Below the pieces are notes generated by a model, which saw only the letters and a list, made by a program, of their open reading frames with translations, did no database searches and was not told the origin of the DNA. Both the position numbers and the translations under genes were made by a program. From the human T2T-CHM13v2.0 reference genome, Homo sapiens: 64,000 bases of DNA. The stretch is from the NCBI RefSeq assembly GCF_009914755.1, contig NC_060925.1; one strand, written 5' to 3'. Below, piece by piece: positions 1 to 18,202 of this stretch. How positions within the stretch are numbered: position 1 is the first letter of the stretch; the number at the start of each line of letters is the position of its first letter.

Positions 1-1340
1 TCTGCAAGGTGTATACTTTAATAGTAATTAATGAATAGATTAATGATAAAATTATGTTCTGCAAATCAAATAATCTCTTCTAGCACCTTAATCCTAAAGG
101 TAAATTTTTATTCCTCAGGATGCTTGTAGAGCTTGCTTATTTCCTTCCCTCCCTTTCTCCCCACTGAGGTCACAGCTTGGTAGCAAACCAGCAGGAGTTG
201 CAACCATTTTAGTCATGCTTGTTAATGAAAGGAATGGTGCTGTCTAATCGATTTGTTCTTTTAGATTAAGTAAAACTTTGGCAGTTGTGTTTTTAATCTC
301 CTTACCTTTGTCCCTAGGCCTCTTATGTGGTCTCTAGTGCTTTTTGCTGAATGTCTTGGCTGGAATTCCTACCTTCTCAAATTGCCTGTGGTCTTAAATC
401 CTGCATCTTGGTCTGAGAATATCCAGTAGGTCAGGAAGCAGAGCACTAATTGAATACTGAAGAGGTTTGCCTATGGAGAGTACCATGAGTCATGCTTCAG
501 AACATGCCTAAAATGTTGTGTCCAGACTGGCAAAGGAACAGCTGAATTTCAGAATGAAAATAGCAGTCACAGCTGTCAGTGGAGATAGGCCACAGGTGAT
601 ATTACAAGTATTCAGAGCTACTTGAAGCAAGTGTAAATGGGGTCTCTGCCACACCTCAGGCTGTTTCAGACATGATCCATGTTTTGTTCTTCTATCTAGT
701 CTTTTTCTAAAAGTCTGCTTACTGCTTTCCTTCCCTTTTGATGGTCCTTCAGCATGCATAAAATAAGTGATTTGACAAATTTGTAACTGTTCCCTATGCT
801 AGTAACTGGTCTTCTGACAGACGTTCCTAGATGCCTCCCCCCCAAAAAATTGGACTCTTCATCTAAGGGTGGTGCACACCACCCTCTGCTTGAGTAGCTG
901 TGCCCATTGTCATTTTTGGCACAGTGCTCCTAGATCCTCCCTGCCATTGCTGCCTAGTCCCTTTCTCTTTTCATCTACCTCCAGCTAAATTCAATTACCA
1001 TATCTAGTCTTGTCATCTTACCAGATCATGGATTATACCAGCAGAAATTACCTGTGGAGAACTTTTGAAAGGGACTTGTACAGAAAAGGAAAGGCAATAG
1101 GGATGATAGGCTGGATGATTGGCTGTATTTCTGTTGAGGATAAAAGATGGAAAGGTGGATATTTGGAAAGAATGACACCAAGGAAAGAGGAAGGGACTTC
1201 AGAGAACAGAAAAAATAAGAAAATGTTATGTATATATACATTGCATTTTGGGTGACAGGAACCTATCAGGGAAAAAATGAATATAGTAAAATTCCTATAC
1301 ATGGTATCAAGAGTATAAGAAGTTACAACTTTTCTCAGAA

Positions 1341-1459
1341 CCAGGCATGGTAGCCCTGTTACTTGGGGAGGCTGAGGTGGGAGGACCACTTGAGCCCAGG
1401 AGTTTCAGTTCAGCCTGAGCTACATAGCAAGACCCTGTCTCTAAGGAAAAAAAAAAAAA
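1341..1459 (+). mobile_element. Alu monomer (FLAM-like)
   Basis: GGAGGCTGAGGTGGGAGGA...AGACCCTGTCTC followed by A tail. Confidence 0.8.
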
Positions 1460-2752
1460 GTTTTGTGACTTTTCTGTGTTGAATACGTACATATTCATTA
1501 TATATGCTTCTCTATATGTATGTAGGTGGGTGTATATACATGTATAAAGTACACTGTTGTGGACAGAAAGGATGTATGAATGGATGAGGCACAAGAGGGT
1601 AGAATTTTGTTTGAATTGTCAATTAGAGCAATTTGGAAAGAGTGAGGTGCCTAAAATCCTACAGTAACCATGAAGAAGCATCTTAATCTGAGTCTTAGTT
1701 TTGTTATCTGTAAAATAATCTCTGATGTTCCTTCCAACTCTCCCATCCTATTAGTAAGAGCTTTAGTTTGAAACGAGGCAATCAGGAAGGAACAAGTGTA
1801 GCTTTGAAGGCTTAATAATATGATTTAAATGACATTCAAGGAAGATTCTCAGTGTCAAATTAGATGAATGAGAGTACAGAAGAGGTTTAGTGATGGAGAA
1901 ACTGGCCAAGGACCTGCAATGTAGTTAAGTCTGATGGCTGGCATGGGACAAGGAAGATAAATAAAGGGTCTGACCTGATAAATATCAGAGAGAGAGGTAA
2001 AGGGATTTAGAAAAACAACCTAACTCAGGAAACTCAGGAATAAGGCTGTGGAATGGAGAGGGGACAGATGCCACTGGGTTGTGATGTCAGAATGTGGGGA
2101 GCTGCAGTCATTTGCCATGAATGATAAAAGAGAAGGCATAGTAATTGGAAGAGTGGTGGAGCCTGTGACAGACTTTTAACATAATGCCAGTGTTGTGCAG
2201 AGTTTCTCCCAGAGAGCATCTGGAAGAAAGAAAAAGCTCTGTCCAAGTACCACACTGTTGTGGTTTTCATGACTTTTCGGATTTCTGACACAATGTCTTG
2301 CCTTGACCCCTTGTATCTGGATATTTCAGGTTCCTGACTGGTCACTGACCCATGGTTTCCTCAACACCCTTTCAGGTTCCAATGAGCTGACCCCATGATT
2401 CATTGTTCCCCATAGGGTCAGCTCAGCCCTGTCAAGTCAAGGAGCTTGAGAAAGGTCTAGAGATGATAGTAAGAGACCTAAAGAATAAGGCCCTTCTCTG
2501 AAGTCCACTAGCTAGAGGCTACTGTGGAGTGGGGAGACCCCAGCCTTGCAGTGGGATTGGTTCCCTGCGTGAGGTGGTCTTTGGATGGTGCAAGAAAGGG
2601 CAGAAGCTCAAAGGGTGGAGCAGAAGCAGCTGTGGATCCTGGAGCAGGGGTGGAGGCTGCAGGGACTGTCTTAGGCTCCCAGTTTCAGTTTATGAATTCA
2701 GAGGGGAAATGGAGAGGCACTTTGAAACATTCTCTCTTGGACAACCATGCCA

Positions 2753-3058
2753 TTTTTTTGTTTGTTTTTGTTTTTTGAGTCAGGGTCTTACTCCGTCTCC
2801 CAGGCTGGAGTGCACTGGTGCAGTCTCAGCTCACTGCAATCTCCGCTTCCTGGGTTCATGCGATTCTCCTGCCTCAGCCAACAAGTAGCTGGAACTACAG
2901 GTGCGCGCCACCGCACCCGGCTAATTTTTGTTATTTTTAGTAGAGATGGGGCTTCGCCATGTTGGCCAGTCTGGTCTCAAACTCCTGCCCTCAAGTGATC
3001 TGCTGACCTTGGCCTCCCAAAATGCTGGGATTACAGGCGTGAGCCACTGCGCCTGGCC
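2753..3058 (-). mobile_element. Alu (AluS-type)
   Basis: T-rich tail, dimeric Alu body, CCATGC flanking repeat. Confidence 0.93.
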
Positions 3059-3933
3059 CCATGCAGTCTTTTAATTGGTCTTCAACTCCACACTGTCACC
3101 TCCATCATACATGCTACCGATGGAATCATCATTTAGAATACATCTGAAATTTTTGTCACAGTCCTGCTCAAAACTTCCAGTACTCCACTCCCAAGTCTAA
3201 ATTCCTTAAGCCAGATCTAAGGTTCTCGATGATAGCTATAGCCCTACCCTATCCAACCTCATGGTACCCCTGAAAGTTCTCCCAGAAGGGTGCCACTGCC
3301 GCCCCCATGCTCATCCAGCTCCAGGCACTTAAACGTTGGCTGTGATGTGGCCTAGAGGCCCTTTCTTTCTGATCTGCATTCTATTCATCCTCAAGACCAT
3401 ATAGTAAAGGAATTGGTTCTTATTTTTTTCACTAAAAATTAAACAAAAATGTTCAGATAAGAGTTGAGAGAAAAAAGCCTCATTAAATTATTTTAACATT
3501 TATTAAGTACTTACTTGTTAAATTGTCACATGAATTCCTGGAACAACCAGGATAAATAAACTCATTCTTGACTGGCAAGCTGGATCTCAGAACCTCCTGT
3601 CCTGTATAAGTGGGGCCACGGCCAAGCTGCTGTGTTTTCTCTTAGCTGAGAGGTCAAAGAAATTAGTTCCCCCCACCCCCATTGAATGGGGCAACTAGTG
3701 GGTGCAGAGCCCACTACAGGCTTTAGAACAGACTTTGATATTTTGAATAACACCATAGAAAGTCTTTTCATCTGGGACTCCAGAAACCTGGATTCCAGTT
3801 CTGGCCCTAATACCTTCTAGTAAGCATTTTAGGCAAGTGCTTTCACCTTACTGGCTTTTGTTTTTTGATCTGGAAAGTGAGGAGTTGAACTGGTTGAATT
3901 AAAGGCCACTTTTCTTTCAGATTCCATCATTCA

Positions 3934-4438
<505 letters not shown>

Positions 4439-5093
4439 TCACTTGTAAGAGGAGACAGTATCAGTTGCAATCAATGAACCTAGCCAAAAAGGCTAACTAT
4501 AAATATTTGCTGAATGCTTCAACATTCTTAGGGGAAATAGATAAAGTTTTAATGATGTACTTTCCCACTGTACTTGCAGCCAAGTTGAATTTTGTCATAT
4601 TCTTCCTAGTGTTAACATTTAAAAGATGTAAACATTTTCATCATAGTATCTAAATATAGAACTCATTTTGTTTCCCACAATTAAATATAATCATCAGAAA
4701 GGAAAATAGATGATTAACAGAAATGTAAATGGTAAGTTATTTAGTCCCCTCTCACCAAAACCAATCTGAATCCTCTATCTTGAGAAGCCAGTCCATCACT
4801 AATGGGTCATTTACCTTGATTGACTCAGTGTTAGGACTTGCTGTGAGATCAGGACTTTCTATAAGATTTCTGTGTTCTTTGTGACTCTATATGTACACTG
4901 CTGGGATTATTTGATGGGCTTTGTGGAGAGTCAAGGCCAGGATGAAATCAGATGGGGACATTATTATGACAATGTTTATTGTCTGTGACTTTGCTGGTAT
5001 ACTTGTTTCCTGCAACATTATTGATCTTTAGCTGATTGGTGATAATTATCTATAGTAGATCCATTCCTGATTTTTACAATTGACTCTCTGAGG

Positions 5094-5426
5094 TGGCAGT
5101 TCCCAACCTTTTTTGGCACCAGGGACCAATTTCATGGAAGACAATTTTTCCATGTGACAGGGTAGTAGGGAGGATGGTTTCAGGATGAAACTGTTCCACC
5201 TCAGATCATCAGGCATTAGTTAGATTCTCACAAGAAGCATGCAGCCTAGATCCCTCGCATGCGCAGTTCACAGTAGGGTTGGCGCTCCCATGAGAATCTA
5301 ATGCCCTGCTGATCTGACAGGAGGCGGAGCTCAAGCGGTAATGCTCATTAGCCCACCGCTCATCTCCTGTTGTGTGGTCCAGTTCCTAACAGGCCACAAA
5401 CTTGGCCTGGTGTTTGGGAACCCCTG
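5094..5426. mobile_element. MER1B-like hAT-Charlie DNA transposon
   Basis: CCCAACCTTTTTGGCACCAGGGACC...GGGAACCCCTG termini; 8-bp near-TSD CTCTGAGG/TTCTAAGG. Confidence 0.85.
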
Positions 5427-5639
5427 TTCTAAGGCACCATATCATGAAGGAAAGTAAGACGTGTGCATGCTGTAGGGAAAAATGTAGATGATTCCTTAGC
5501 TTTGTAATAAGCAAAACTAAATACTAATTAGGATTTATATTCTAAAGAATGGAGTGAGAAAATAGATGTAATAGTACTGTAATTTTTTTCTTTAAAAATT
5601 ACTACTCTAAATGAAAACATATGACTTTGAACCATTATT

Positions 5640-5945
5640 TTTCTTTTTCTTTTTCTTTTTTTTTTAAACGGAGTCTTACTCTGTCGCCCAGGCTGGAGTA
5701 CAGTGGCATGATCTTGGCTCCCTGCAGCCTCTGCCTCCCAGTTTCAAGTGATTCTCCTGCCTCAGCCTCCCGAGTAACTGGGATTACAGGCGTCCACCAC
5801 CATGCTCGACTAATTTTTGTATTTTTGGTAGAGACAGGGTTTCACCATGTTGGCCAGGCTGGTGTTGAACTCCTGACCTCAGGTGATCCACCTGCGTTGG
5901 CCTCCCAAAGTGCTGGGATTACAGGCATGAGCAACCGCACCTGGC
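5640..5945 (-). mobile_element. Alu (AluSx-type)
   Basis: Alu body; TSD TGAACCATTATTTTT. Confidence 0.93.
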
Positions 5946-6302
5946 TGAACCATTATTTTTTAAAAAAGGAATCTAAGCTGTTTATTTAAAAAGTAAAGCC
6001 AGAAGTCTACATTCTATTGTCTACCCCTTTCATGACTTTCTAGCCATTAGCTTCAACTCCTAAATATCCTTACCCTAGATCAAACCAAATGTTTACATTT
6101 TCTATGCTTAACCCAGGTAACAGAGACCTGCTGGAACATTATTCAACTCTGTGTATTGGGGCCACCACAAATTCAAGATCTCATTCACTTAAAAAAAAAA
6201 TTAACACTCTAGGCACCATGCAAGGGAAAGGGAATAAACGGTGAACAAAACTGTCAGGGTCTTTGCCCACAGGGAGCTTAGAGTCTGGAAGGGAATAGAG
6301 GT

Positions 6303-6668
6303 TGCAATTAACTGAATGTTTGTATCCCCCCCAAATTCATATATTGAAATTCTAACCTTCAAGGTAATGATATTAAGAGGCAGGGCTTTGGGGAGGTGAT
6401 TAGGTCAGGAGGATGGAGTGCTCATGAATGGGATTAGTGCCCTTAGAGACCTTAGAGAGATCCCTGACCCCTCTGCCCTGTGAGGTTACAGTGAGAAGAC
6501 AGCTGTCTGTGAACCAGGAAGTGAGTCCTCAGACAACAGATTGGCTGGAGGTTTGATGTTGGACTTGTCAACCTCCAGAACTGCAAAAAATTTCTGTTAC
6601 TTATTTCTATAATTTATGAGCACCCACTTGATGACAGTTTGTGATAGCAGCCCAAACGGACTAAGACA
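6303..6668. mobile_element. MaLR LTR (MLT1A-like)
   Basis: CCCCAAATTCATATATTGAAATTCTAACC...AGCAGCCCAAACGGACTAAGACA. Confidence 0.75.
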
Positions 6669-8176
6669 GAGATAAGGAACAAGGGAAAGCAAATCAAGTG
6701 ATTCTGTGTAGAGTGTGTCTTTCATCTTCAACTCCTAAGTCTGGCATAGTGTTTCACATTTAGTAAGTGACCAGTCAGGAAGTCAATAAAAAAAATTGAT
6801 ACAATAATAAAAAAGAAAAAGTAAATATTTATTCAGTATGCATTATGTACCAGGCTTTATTTTAGGCTCTGAATATTTATCAGTGAAGGAGGCAGACAAG
6901 GAAGACTTAGCTCTCTTAGAACTTAAATATTCTAGCAAAGAGAGATGGGCAGTAAAGAAGTCTGAAAAAAGAAATAAACATAATACAATTCCAGATAATA
7001 AGAAGTAACATGAAATAAATAGAAGAAAATGGAAATTGGGGACAGTTTAAACAGGTCACTTTGTGGAGATGGCACTTGTGCTAAGACCAGGCAGGAGGCA
7101 TCTGCAAGTATTGTGAAGAACAATCTGTGCAGAGGAAATAGCAAGTACAGAGTCCTGGAGGTGGGGAGACTGGTGTGTTCAGTGAAAAGGAGGCAGTGTG
7201 ACTGGAGCATGAGGGAGGAGGATGAGAGATGAAGATGTGGTCGGAGAGGAAGGAGGCATAAGATTATGCTGGGTCGTTAGGCCATTGTAAAGTGTTTGGC
7301 TTCTTACTGTGCCAAGAATAAGCATTCCGGGTTTTAAGCAGTCCAAGTGAGAAATGATGTGGACCTAAATCTAGGGTTTCAAACATTTTGTTCCACAATC
7401 CACAGGAGGAAACATATTTTGTGTGGTGACTCCACACATAAACACAGATACATAAGCAAAATTTAATGAGACAATACCCTTACCGTGAATGACGCCCTCT
7501 GAATTTTTCTGTTCTCTTTCACTGTAAAAGAAGAAATGCCGGTTGTCACCCACAAAACTGATTTGATAACTCAGCAATGAGTGGCAATTTACAGTTTGTA
7601 AAACATTGGTTCAAACTGAAGTGGTGACAGTGGAGATGAAGAGAAATGGATGGATTCAGGATATATTTTACAGGTAGAGTTGACAGTAGTTGTTGATGGA
7701 CTGCTTACAGGAAAGTGAGGGAAAAGCCTCGATAAATGATTTTGTATGATTTTGGCTTGAACAAATGGGAGAATGGTGGTCCTAAGATAGGGAAAACTAA
7801 AGAAGAAGCAGGTTTGAAGGAGAGATGGAGGAGAAATCAAGAAATCTTTTCTAAACACTTTTTTAAAATCTGATTATATATGTTATTCATACAGATTTGT
7901 AATATTAATTGCTCAAATTATAAGCCAACTATAAAAAAATCTTTTTATATAGACTCTTAAATATATCTTAAATGTTATTTGTATTTTCATCAAAGAGATA
8001 CAACTTGCCTACTGAAATAAAAGAGAAAGAAATGTGATCCGTGGTCTTGCCACACAAATATGACAATGCTTAGTTGTTTAATGTCTTCTTAATGTAACCT
8101 TTTCTATGCATAATTCTTTAATCACTACCTAAGCATTTATAAAGGTAATTCATTAGGACTGGGATCATATAAACAC

Positions 8177-8557
8177 TGTCCTAGTCTGTTTGTTTGGACT
8201 TCTATAACAAAATACCTTCTACTGAGTAGTTTATAAACCACAGAAATTTACTTATCCAGTTCTGGAGGTTGGGAAGTCCAAGATTAGGGCCTGGCAGATT
8301 CACTGTCTGGTGAAGACCTGCTTCCAGGTTTCACATCCTGGTTTATTGACGATGTCTTCTTGTTGCATCCTCATATGGCAGAAGGGTTGAATGAGCCTCC
8401 TTGGGCCCATTTTATAAGAGCAGTAATCTTATTCATGAGGTCTTCTCTCTCATCACTTCCCAAAGGCCCTATTTCTTAATCCCATCCTACCAACCTTGTG
8501 GGGTAGGATTTCAACATAGGAATTTTTGTTGGGGACACTGACATTCAGACCATAGCA
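8177..8557. mobile_element. MaLR LTR (MLT1A/MSTD-like), opposite orientation to the copy at 6303
   Basis: TGTCCTAGTC...GTTCTGGAGGTTGGGAAGTCCAAGAT...ACATTCAGACCATAGCA. Confidence 0.75.
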
Positions 8558-9892
8558 AGCAGTTTAGAGATGATCAGTGGATCTGGAGACAGTGACATTC
8601 ATAATCATTGATGCTTAATAGGTAGCTTAATTTTTTAAATAATAAAGTGGTTTTAACGGGGAACCAAATAATTTAATGTTTTTCAAACTTTAAAAATCCA
8701 TGCAAATTATAACATCAAAATTTTCAACCAGTTTTGGATATGTGCCCATACTTGTACATATGAACACCATCACACTCCTTCAACATCCATCCTTATCCCC
8801 ACTGAGAATCATGAATACATTTTTTTTTTCATTTTTCAAATATATAAAAAATGATGAAATATGCCTGTCCAAACTACATGTCCCCTTTCTGGTCCCTTTC
8901 ACGCCTCTTCTGATTCATCTTTTTACAATCTACTCCATGATCTCATTCCTTGATGACCAGTGATTTCATCAAGCCCAGTTGGCCTTTACCTTTACATACA
9001 GCGAAGCTTATTTCACAGTTCTGAGAAGAGTGTTAGAGACTGTGTCTGTACCAATCTGAAATCCACATCAACAGTTTCTTTTTATATTTCAATGCTTATT
9101 GGGCACTTTGTATGAAGTATTGTTGTAGGTTCTATGTAAACAAATATGAGGGAGAACATGAGGCCTGCCCTCAAGGAGTTTATAATCTAGACTTGTTGCC
9201 AAGCAACTTTAAAAAGATAACCTTTTTATTTTAGAGCAGTTTTAAAGTTACAGAAAAACTGTGAAGCTAGTACAGAGTGCCAGTATACCCCGTATACCCT
9301 CAGTTTCTCCTTTGGTTAACATCTTAGGTTTGTTTGGTGTATAACATTATAGTCAGTTTAAATCATACAGCTTACAGAATTTTGAATTCTGACCTTTTCA
9401 CTTTACAATGTATCATAAGCATTGTTTCCATTTAAAATGAATATTAATGCTGGCCAGATACTCTAGATATTACCTTTGCCAGCCACCTCATTTTTCAGAT
9501 GAGGAAACTGAAGCACAGAGAGCTCTTAAGTGTTTTGGTTAAAATCAGAATATGGAATAAAACTGTACTTGCAGGCAGCTGTCCCAGGTCCCTGAATGTC
9601 ATATGCTGCTGCTTCTCATTTACCAGGGAGAAGATGTGAGGATATAGGGACTGCTACCTCTCCACTCAACCAACCAACATTTACTGGGTACACACTGAGG
9701 ATCAGTGATTGTGCTGGTGGTGGGGAAACAGCACAGAGCCTGGCCAGTCCCTCTCCTCAAGGAGCTTACATTGTAAATGTCTGGGAGTTGAGATCACAGA
9801 ATAAAAGGACATTGAGTTACCGTTTTACTTTGGTGAGGTGTCAAGGACAGAGTGTACTGGGGAATGGGAGCGGAATAATTTCAGAGGGTTGG

Positions 9893-10362
9893 AGTGCTGG
9901 GCTGAATAATGGCCCAAAGATGTCCATGTCCTAATCCCTAGAATCCGTGGATATGTTACTTTACATGGCAAAAAGGACCTTGAAGATGTGATTGAGGATC
10001 TTCTTGATCTTGGACTATCGAGGCTGGCCCAGTGTAATCACAAGAGTCCTTATAAGGGAAAGAGGGAGGCAGGAGAGTCAGAAGAGATGTGACTGGAGAT
10101 GCAGCTGGCAGTGTGATGGGATTGTTGGCTGGAGGCCAGGCCAGGGAACAAGAAATGTGGGCAGCCTCTACAACCTGGGAAAGGCAAGACACATATTCTC
10201 TGCGAGAGCTTCGAGAAGGAATGCAGCCCTGCCAATGCTTTGATTTTGGTCTGTAAGACCTATTCTGGACCTCAGACCTCCAGAATGATGAGAGAACAAA
10301 TTTGTGTTGTTTGAAGCCACTAAATTTGTGGTAATTTGTTACAGCAGAAATAGGAAACTAGT
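9893..10362. mobile_element. MaLR LTR (MLT1D-like)
   Basis: GAATAATGGCCCAAAGATGTCCATGTCCTAATCCC...GGTAATTTGTTACAGCAG. Confidence 0.75.
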
Positions 10363-10559
10363 GAGCTGGCTCTGTAGAGACTAGTTTTTATGAAAAGAAA
10401 GACATGCTATTTAGATATTGTAGTACAGAATGTTAGATTTAAAGGTTCATCTCTGCTCTAATCCAATAGCTTCATTTTTTTAGTTGAAATTAATGATGAA
10501 AAAAGTATCTGCCAAACTTTTTCTTATTTAAACTGATTAGATTACTTTTGTTTTGAAAC

Positions 10560-11020
10560 TATATATGTAGCAGCATGATTCATGATAGCCCCAAACTGGA
10601 AACAGCCCAAATATCATCAATAATAGAGTAGAAAAAGAAATTGTTATATATTTCTTCAATATTACACAGCAACGAGAATGTATGAACTACAGTTACATGC
10701 AGTAATGTTGATGAATCGCTTGAACTCATGTCATTGTTGCTGGAAAGAAACTGGATACAAAAGAGTTAATACCCTATGATTCCATTTACATAAAGTTCCA
10801 TTTACATACATAAAAATAGGCAAAACTAATCTACGATGTTAAAAGTTACCTTGGACAGGGGTGGGACTGAGTAAGTACTGGGAGAGGGCAGAACGGAGAC
10901 CTTTGGGACACTGGCAATGTTGTATTTCTTGGTCTGTGCTGGATATATGGGTGAGTTCACTTTGTGAAAATTCATATTAATTGTACAAACTTGTGCATAT
11001 TATATGGTAATAAAAAAGGT
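10560..11020 (+). mobile_element. Old L1M 3'-end fragment
   Basis: CCCCAAACTGGAAACAGCCCAAAT; TATGATTCCATTTACATAAAG; AGGCAAAACTAATCTA. Confidence 0.65.
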
Positions 11021-13289
11021 GGCTTAGAATAAAACTGTATGACTGTGTTTGATCTGAATGGTGGTTCTAACAATAGCTTGACCTAAAGAATATGAACTTT
11101 TAGAAGGAAAGCAATGAGCAGAATCCCCTGCTGGGTCCTTCCTGGATCCATTGCCCAAAAGGAGAGCCAACAATCCTCCGTGACTTTAGAATATTGAATA
11201 TACAATTTTGTCCGAAAATCCATTTGAAACACTTGCTTTATGTGTTGACTTATTAACCTCTCTGCCTCTGGGACACATTATTTTTCAAGCTGGTGTTTAA
11301 AAATATTATTTAATTGTGGGTAAGTAATCTAGGTTGGAAAGGAAGTCTTTCCAAGTTAAGGATAAATAACAGTTGCCTAGTGATGTTTCTGTGGAAGAAC
11401 AAGGCTTTCTGGTGTGTTTGGAATTGTCTCTACTAAGGGCACTCTTTATTTTAAGCAGGCTTCAAGTGGAAAGCTAAGCGCAAAGCCTAACTAATGACGC
11501 CCTTCACACCAACTATTGTGGCAGGATAATTTGTACAAGGTGGATGAATTCATTTATAGAATGCTGAACAATTTATATATTAAAAAGTGTCTAGATTAAG
11601 TGATTTATATAATATGTATTTAAATAAAAATATTCAACAGTTTCAATGAAAAATAGAATTTTCTGTGACAAATATATTTTATAAGCTGTGCAGTCCTCAC
11701 ATCATTTTTGATTTCCTGAAAGTAAAAATGTGTAGATAATAGTTGAATAACTTGGAGAAATTCTTGTTCTTCAGCAAACATTAAGGAGAACTTCAATTAA
11801 ATTTAAGTAAGTTCTCTACCCTTCCAGGCTTGTGCTCTTTGTTTACTGTGTTTTTGAGGCCACAAGCATGTGAGCACTACAAACATTAACTTATCTTTGC
11901 TAAGAAGGATAAGGGCCAACACAGTACTTAGAATTCCCAAAGTACTTATATCAACCAGATTATTTCCTCACAAGGTTCCTTATCACATATAATTCTGACC
12001 TCTAGTTTTTCTTTAAGCTTACCTAAGGCTGAAAAAGTTTTGAAGGATTCTTAAAAAGTTTTTTTACAACTTTAAGGGAGCTCAAATTATGAAGTTGGAT
12101 ATTAACTTGACACAGTTTGATTTTTGACAACTTCCTACCAAATAAAATGGATTAAAGTTAGTGCTCAGCTCTGGTAGAGAATATTAAAAACAGCAACAGT
12201 GATAACAAACAACAGAAACACCCTGAAAACATAAATAAAAGGAAAATAATATATAAACACTGCAGTGCTATCTGAGTAGCTAGTCAAGAGAAAATATGAA
12301 TGCTCTTTAGGTCAAAGCTGACAGGATTTTTATATCAACTTAATTAAAGTAATAAAAAAGAATAATTTTATATGCTACTTTATCCATACTAGTACTTAGG
12401 TTACAAAATTGGGTGGGAGAAATTTTGGGACAATGATATATTAAAGAACAAATGAACAGAAAAGGAACATATCATGTACTACATAAAATTTTTAAAATTT
12501 AGTTTTAAAATATTTTCTTGTTTATGAAGTCTTAGACTGCTTATTAAAATCAGTATTTACTAAAATAATAATACTTAAAATACTTATTTACAACTGTAAT
12601 GTAAGAGTTTTAAAAATAAGATTGCCTCCTTTCTTCTCTCCTTACTTGTCCTTTCTCTCCATCAGTGATTAAGGTGCAGTGACAGACTTCCAGTGCTTCT
12701 CAGTGTGCGTTGAGGATTTTATTCAATGTAGGTTCTCATTCAGTAGGTCTGTGGTTGATCCTGGAAATCTGTGTTTCTAATACACTGCCAGGGGATGCCA
12801 ATGCTGTTGGACCTTGGACTAGGATTTGAATAGCAAGGATTGGAAATAAGATGTATTAGTCCATTCTCAAACTGCTATAAAGAACTACCTGAGACCAAGT
12901 AATTTATGAAGAAAAGAGGTTTGATTGACTCACAGTTCCACAGGCTGTACAGGAAGCATGGCTAGGAGGCCTCAGGTGACTTACAATCATGGCGGAAGGC
13001 AAAGGGGAAGCTGGCACATCTTACCATGGAGGATCAGGAGAGAGAGAGAGTGAGGGGCGAACTGCCACACACTTTTTTTTTTTTAAATTATACTTTAAGT
13101 TCTGGGGTACATGTGCACAACGTGCAGGTTTGTTACATAGGTATACATGTGCCATGTTGCTTTGCTGCACCCATCAACTTGTCGTTTACATTAGGTATTT
13201 CTCCCAATGCTATCCCTCCCCCAGCCCCCCACCCCTGACAGGCCCCAATGTGTGATGTTCCCCTCCCTGAGTCCGTGTGTTCTCATTGT

Positions 13290-17114
<3,825 letters not shown>

Positions 17115-17177
17115 TATGATGTTAGCTGGTTATTTTGTCCGCTAATTAATACAGTTTCTTCATAACAATGATGGTCT

Positions 17178-18202
17178 TTACAATTTGGCATATTTTTGCA
17201 GTGGTTAGTACTGGTTGTTCCTTTCCATGTTTAGTGCTTCCTTCAGGAGCTCTTGTAAGGCAGGCGTGGTGGTGACAGAATCTCTCAGCATTTGCTTGTC
17301 TGTAAAGGACTTTATTTCTCCTTCACTTATGAAGCTTAGTTTGGCTGGATATGAAATTCTGGGTTGAATATTCTTTTCTTTAAGAATATTGAATATTGAC
17401 CCCCACTCTGTTCTGGCTTGTAGGGTTTCTGCTGAGAAATCTGCTGTTAGTCTGATGGGCTTCCCTTTGTGGGTAACCTGACCTTTCTCTCTGGCTGCCC
17501 TTAACATTTTTTCCTTCATTTCCACCTCGGTGAATCTGATGATTATGTGTCTTGGGGTTGCTCTTCTCAAGGAATATCTTTGTGGTGTTCTCTGTATTTC
17601 CTGAATTTGAATGTTGGCCTGCCTTGCTAGGTTGGGAAAGTTCTCCTGGATAATATCCCAAAGAGTGTTTTCTAACTTGGTTCCATTCTCCCCATCACTT
17701 TCAGGTATACCAGTCAAACGTAGACTTGTCTTTTCACACAGTCCCATATTTCTTGGAGACTTTGTTGGTTTATTTTCACTCTTTTTTCTCTAGTCTTGTC
17801 TTCTTGCTTTATTTCATTAATTTGATCTTCAATCACTGATATCCTTTCCTCCGCTTGATCAAATCGGCTATTGAAGCTTGTGTATGCTTCATGAACTTCT
17901 CGTGTTGTGTTTTTCAGCTCCATCAGGTCATTTATGTTCTTCTCTACACTGGTTGTTCTAGTTAGCCATTCCTCTAATCTTTTTTTCAAGGTTTTTATCT
18001 TCCTTCAATGGCTTAGAACATGCTCCTTTAGCTCGGAGAAGTTTGTTATTATCCACCTTCTGAAGCCTACTTCTTTCACCTCATCAAACTCATTCTCCCT
18101 CCAGTTTTGTTCCCTTGCTGGCGAGGAGTTGTGATTCTTTGGAGGAGAACAGGCATTCTGGTTTTTGGAATTTTCAGCCTTTCTGCTCTGGTTTCTCCCC
18201 AT
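17178..18202 (-). pseudogene. L1 ORF1 remnant, broken into three frames
   Basis: MGRNQSRK start at 18202; coiled-coil fragment 17714-17989; RRM/CTD fragment 17205-17747 with YPAKLSF. Confidence 0.93.
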
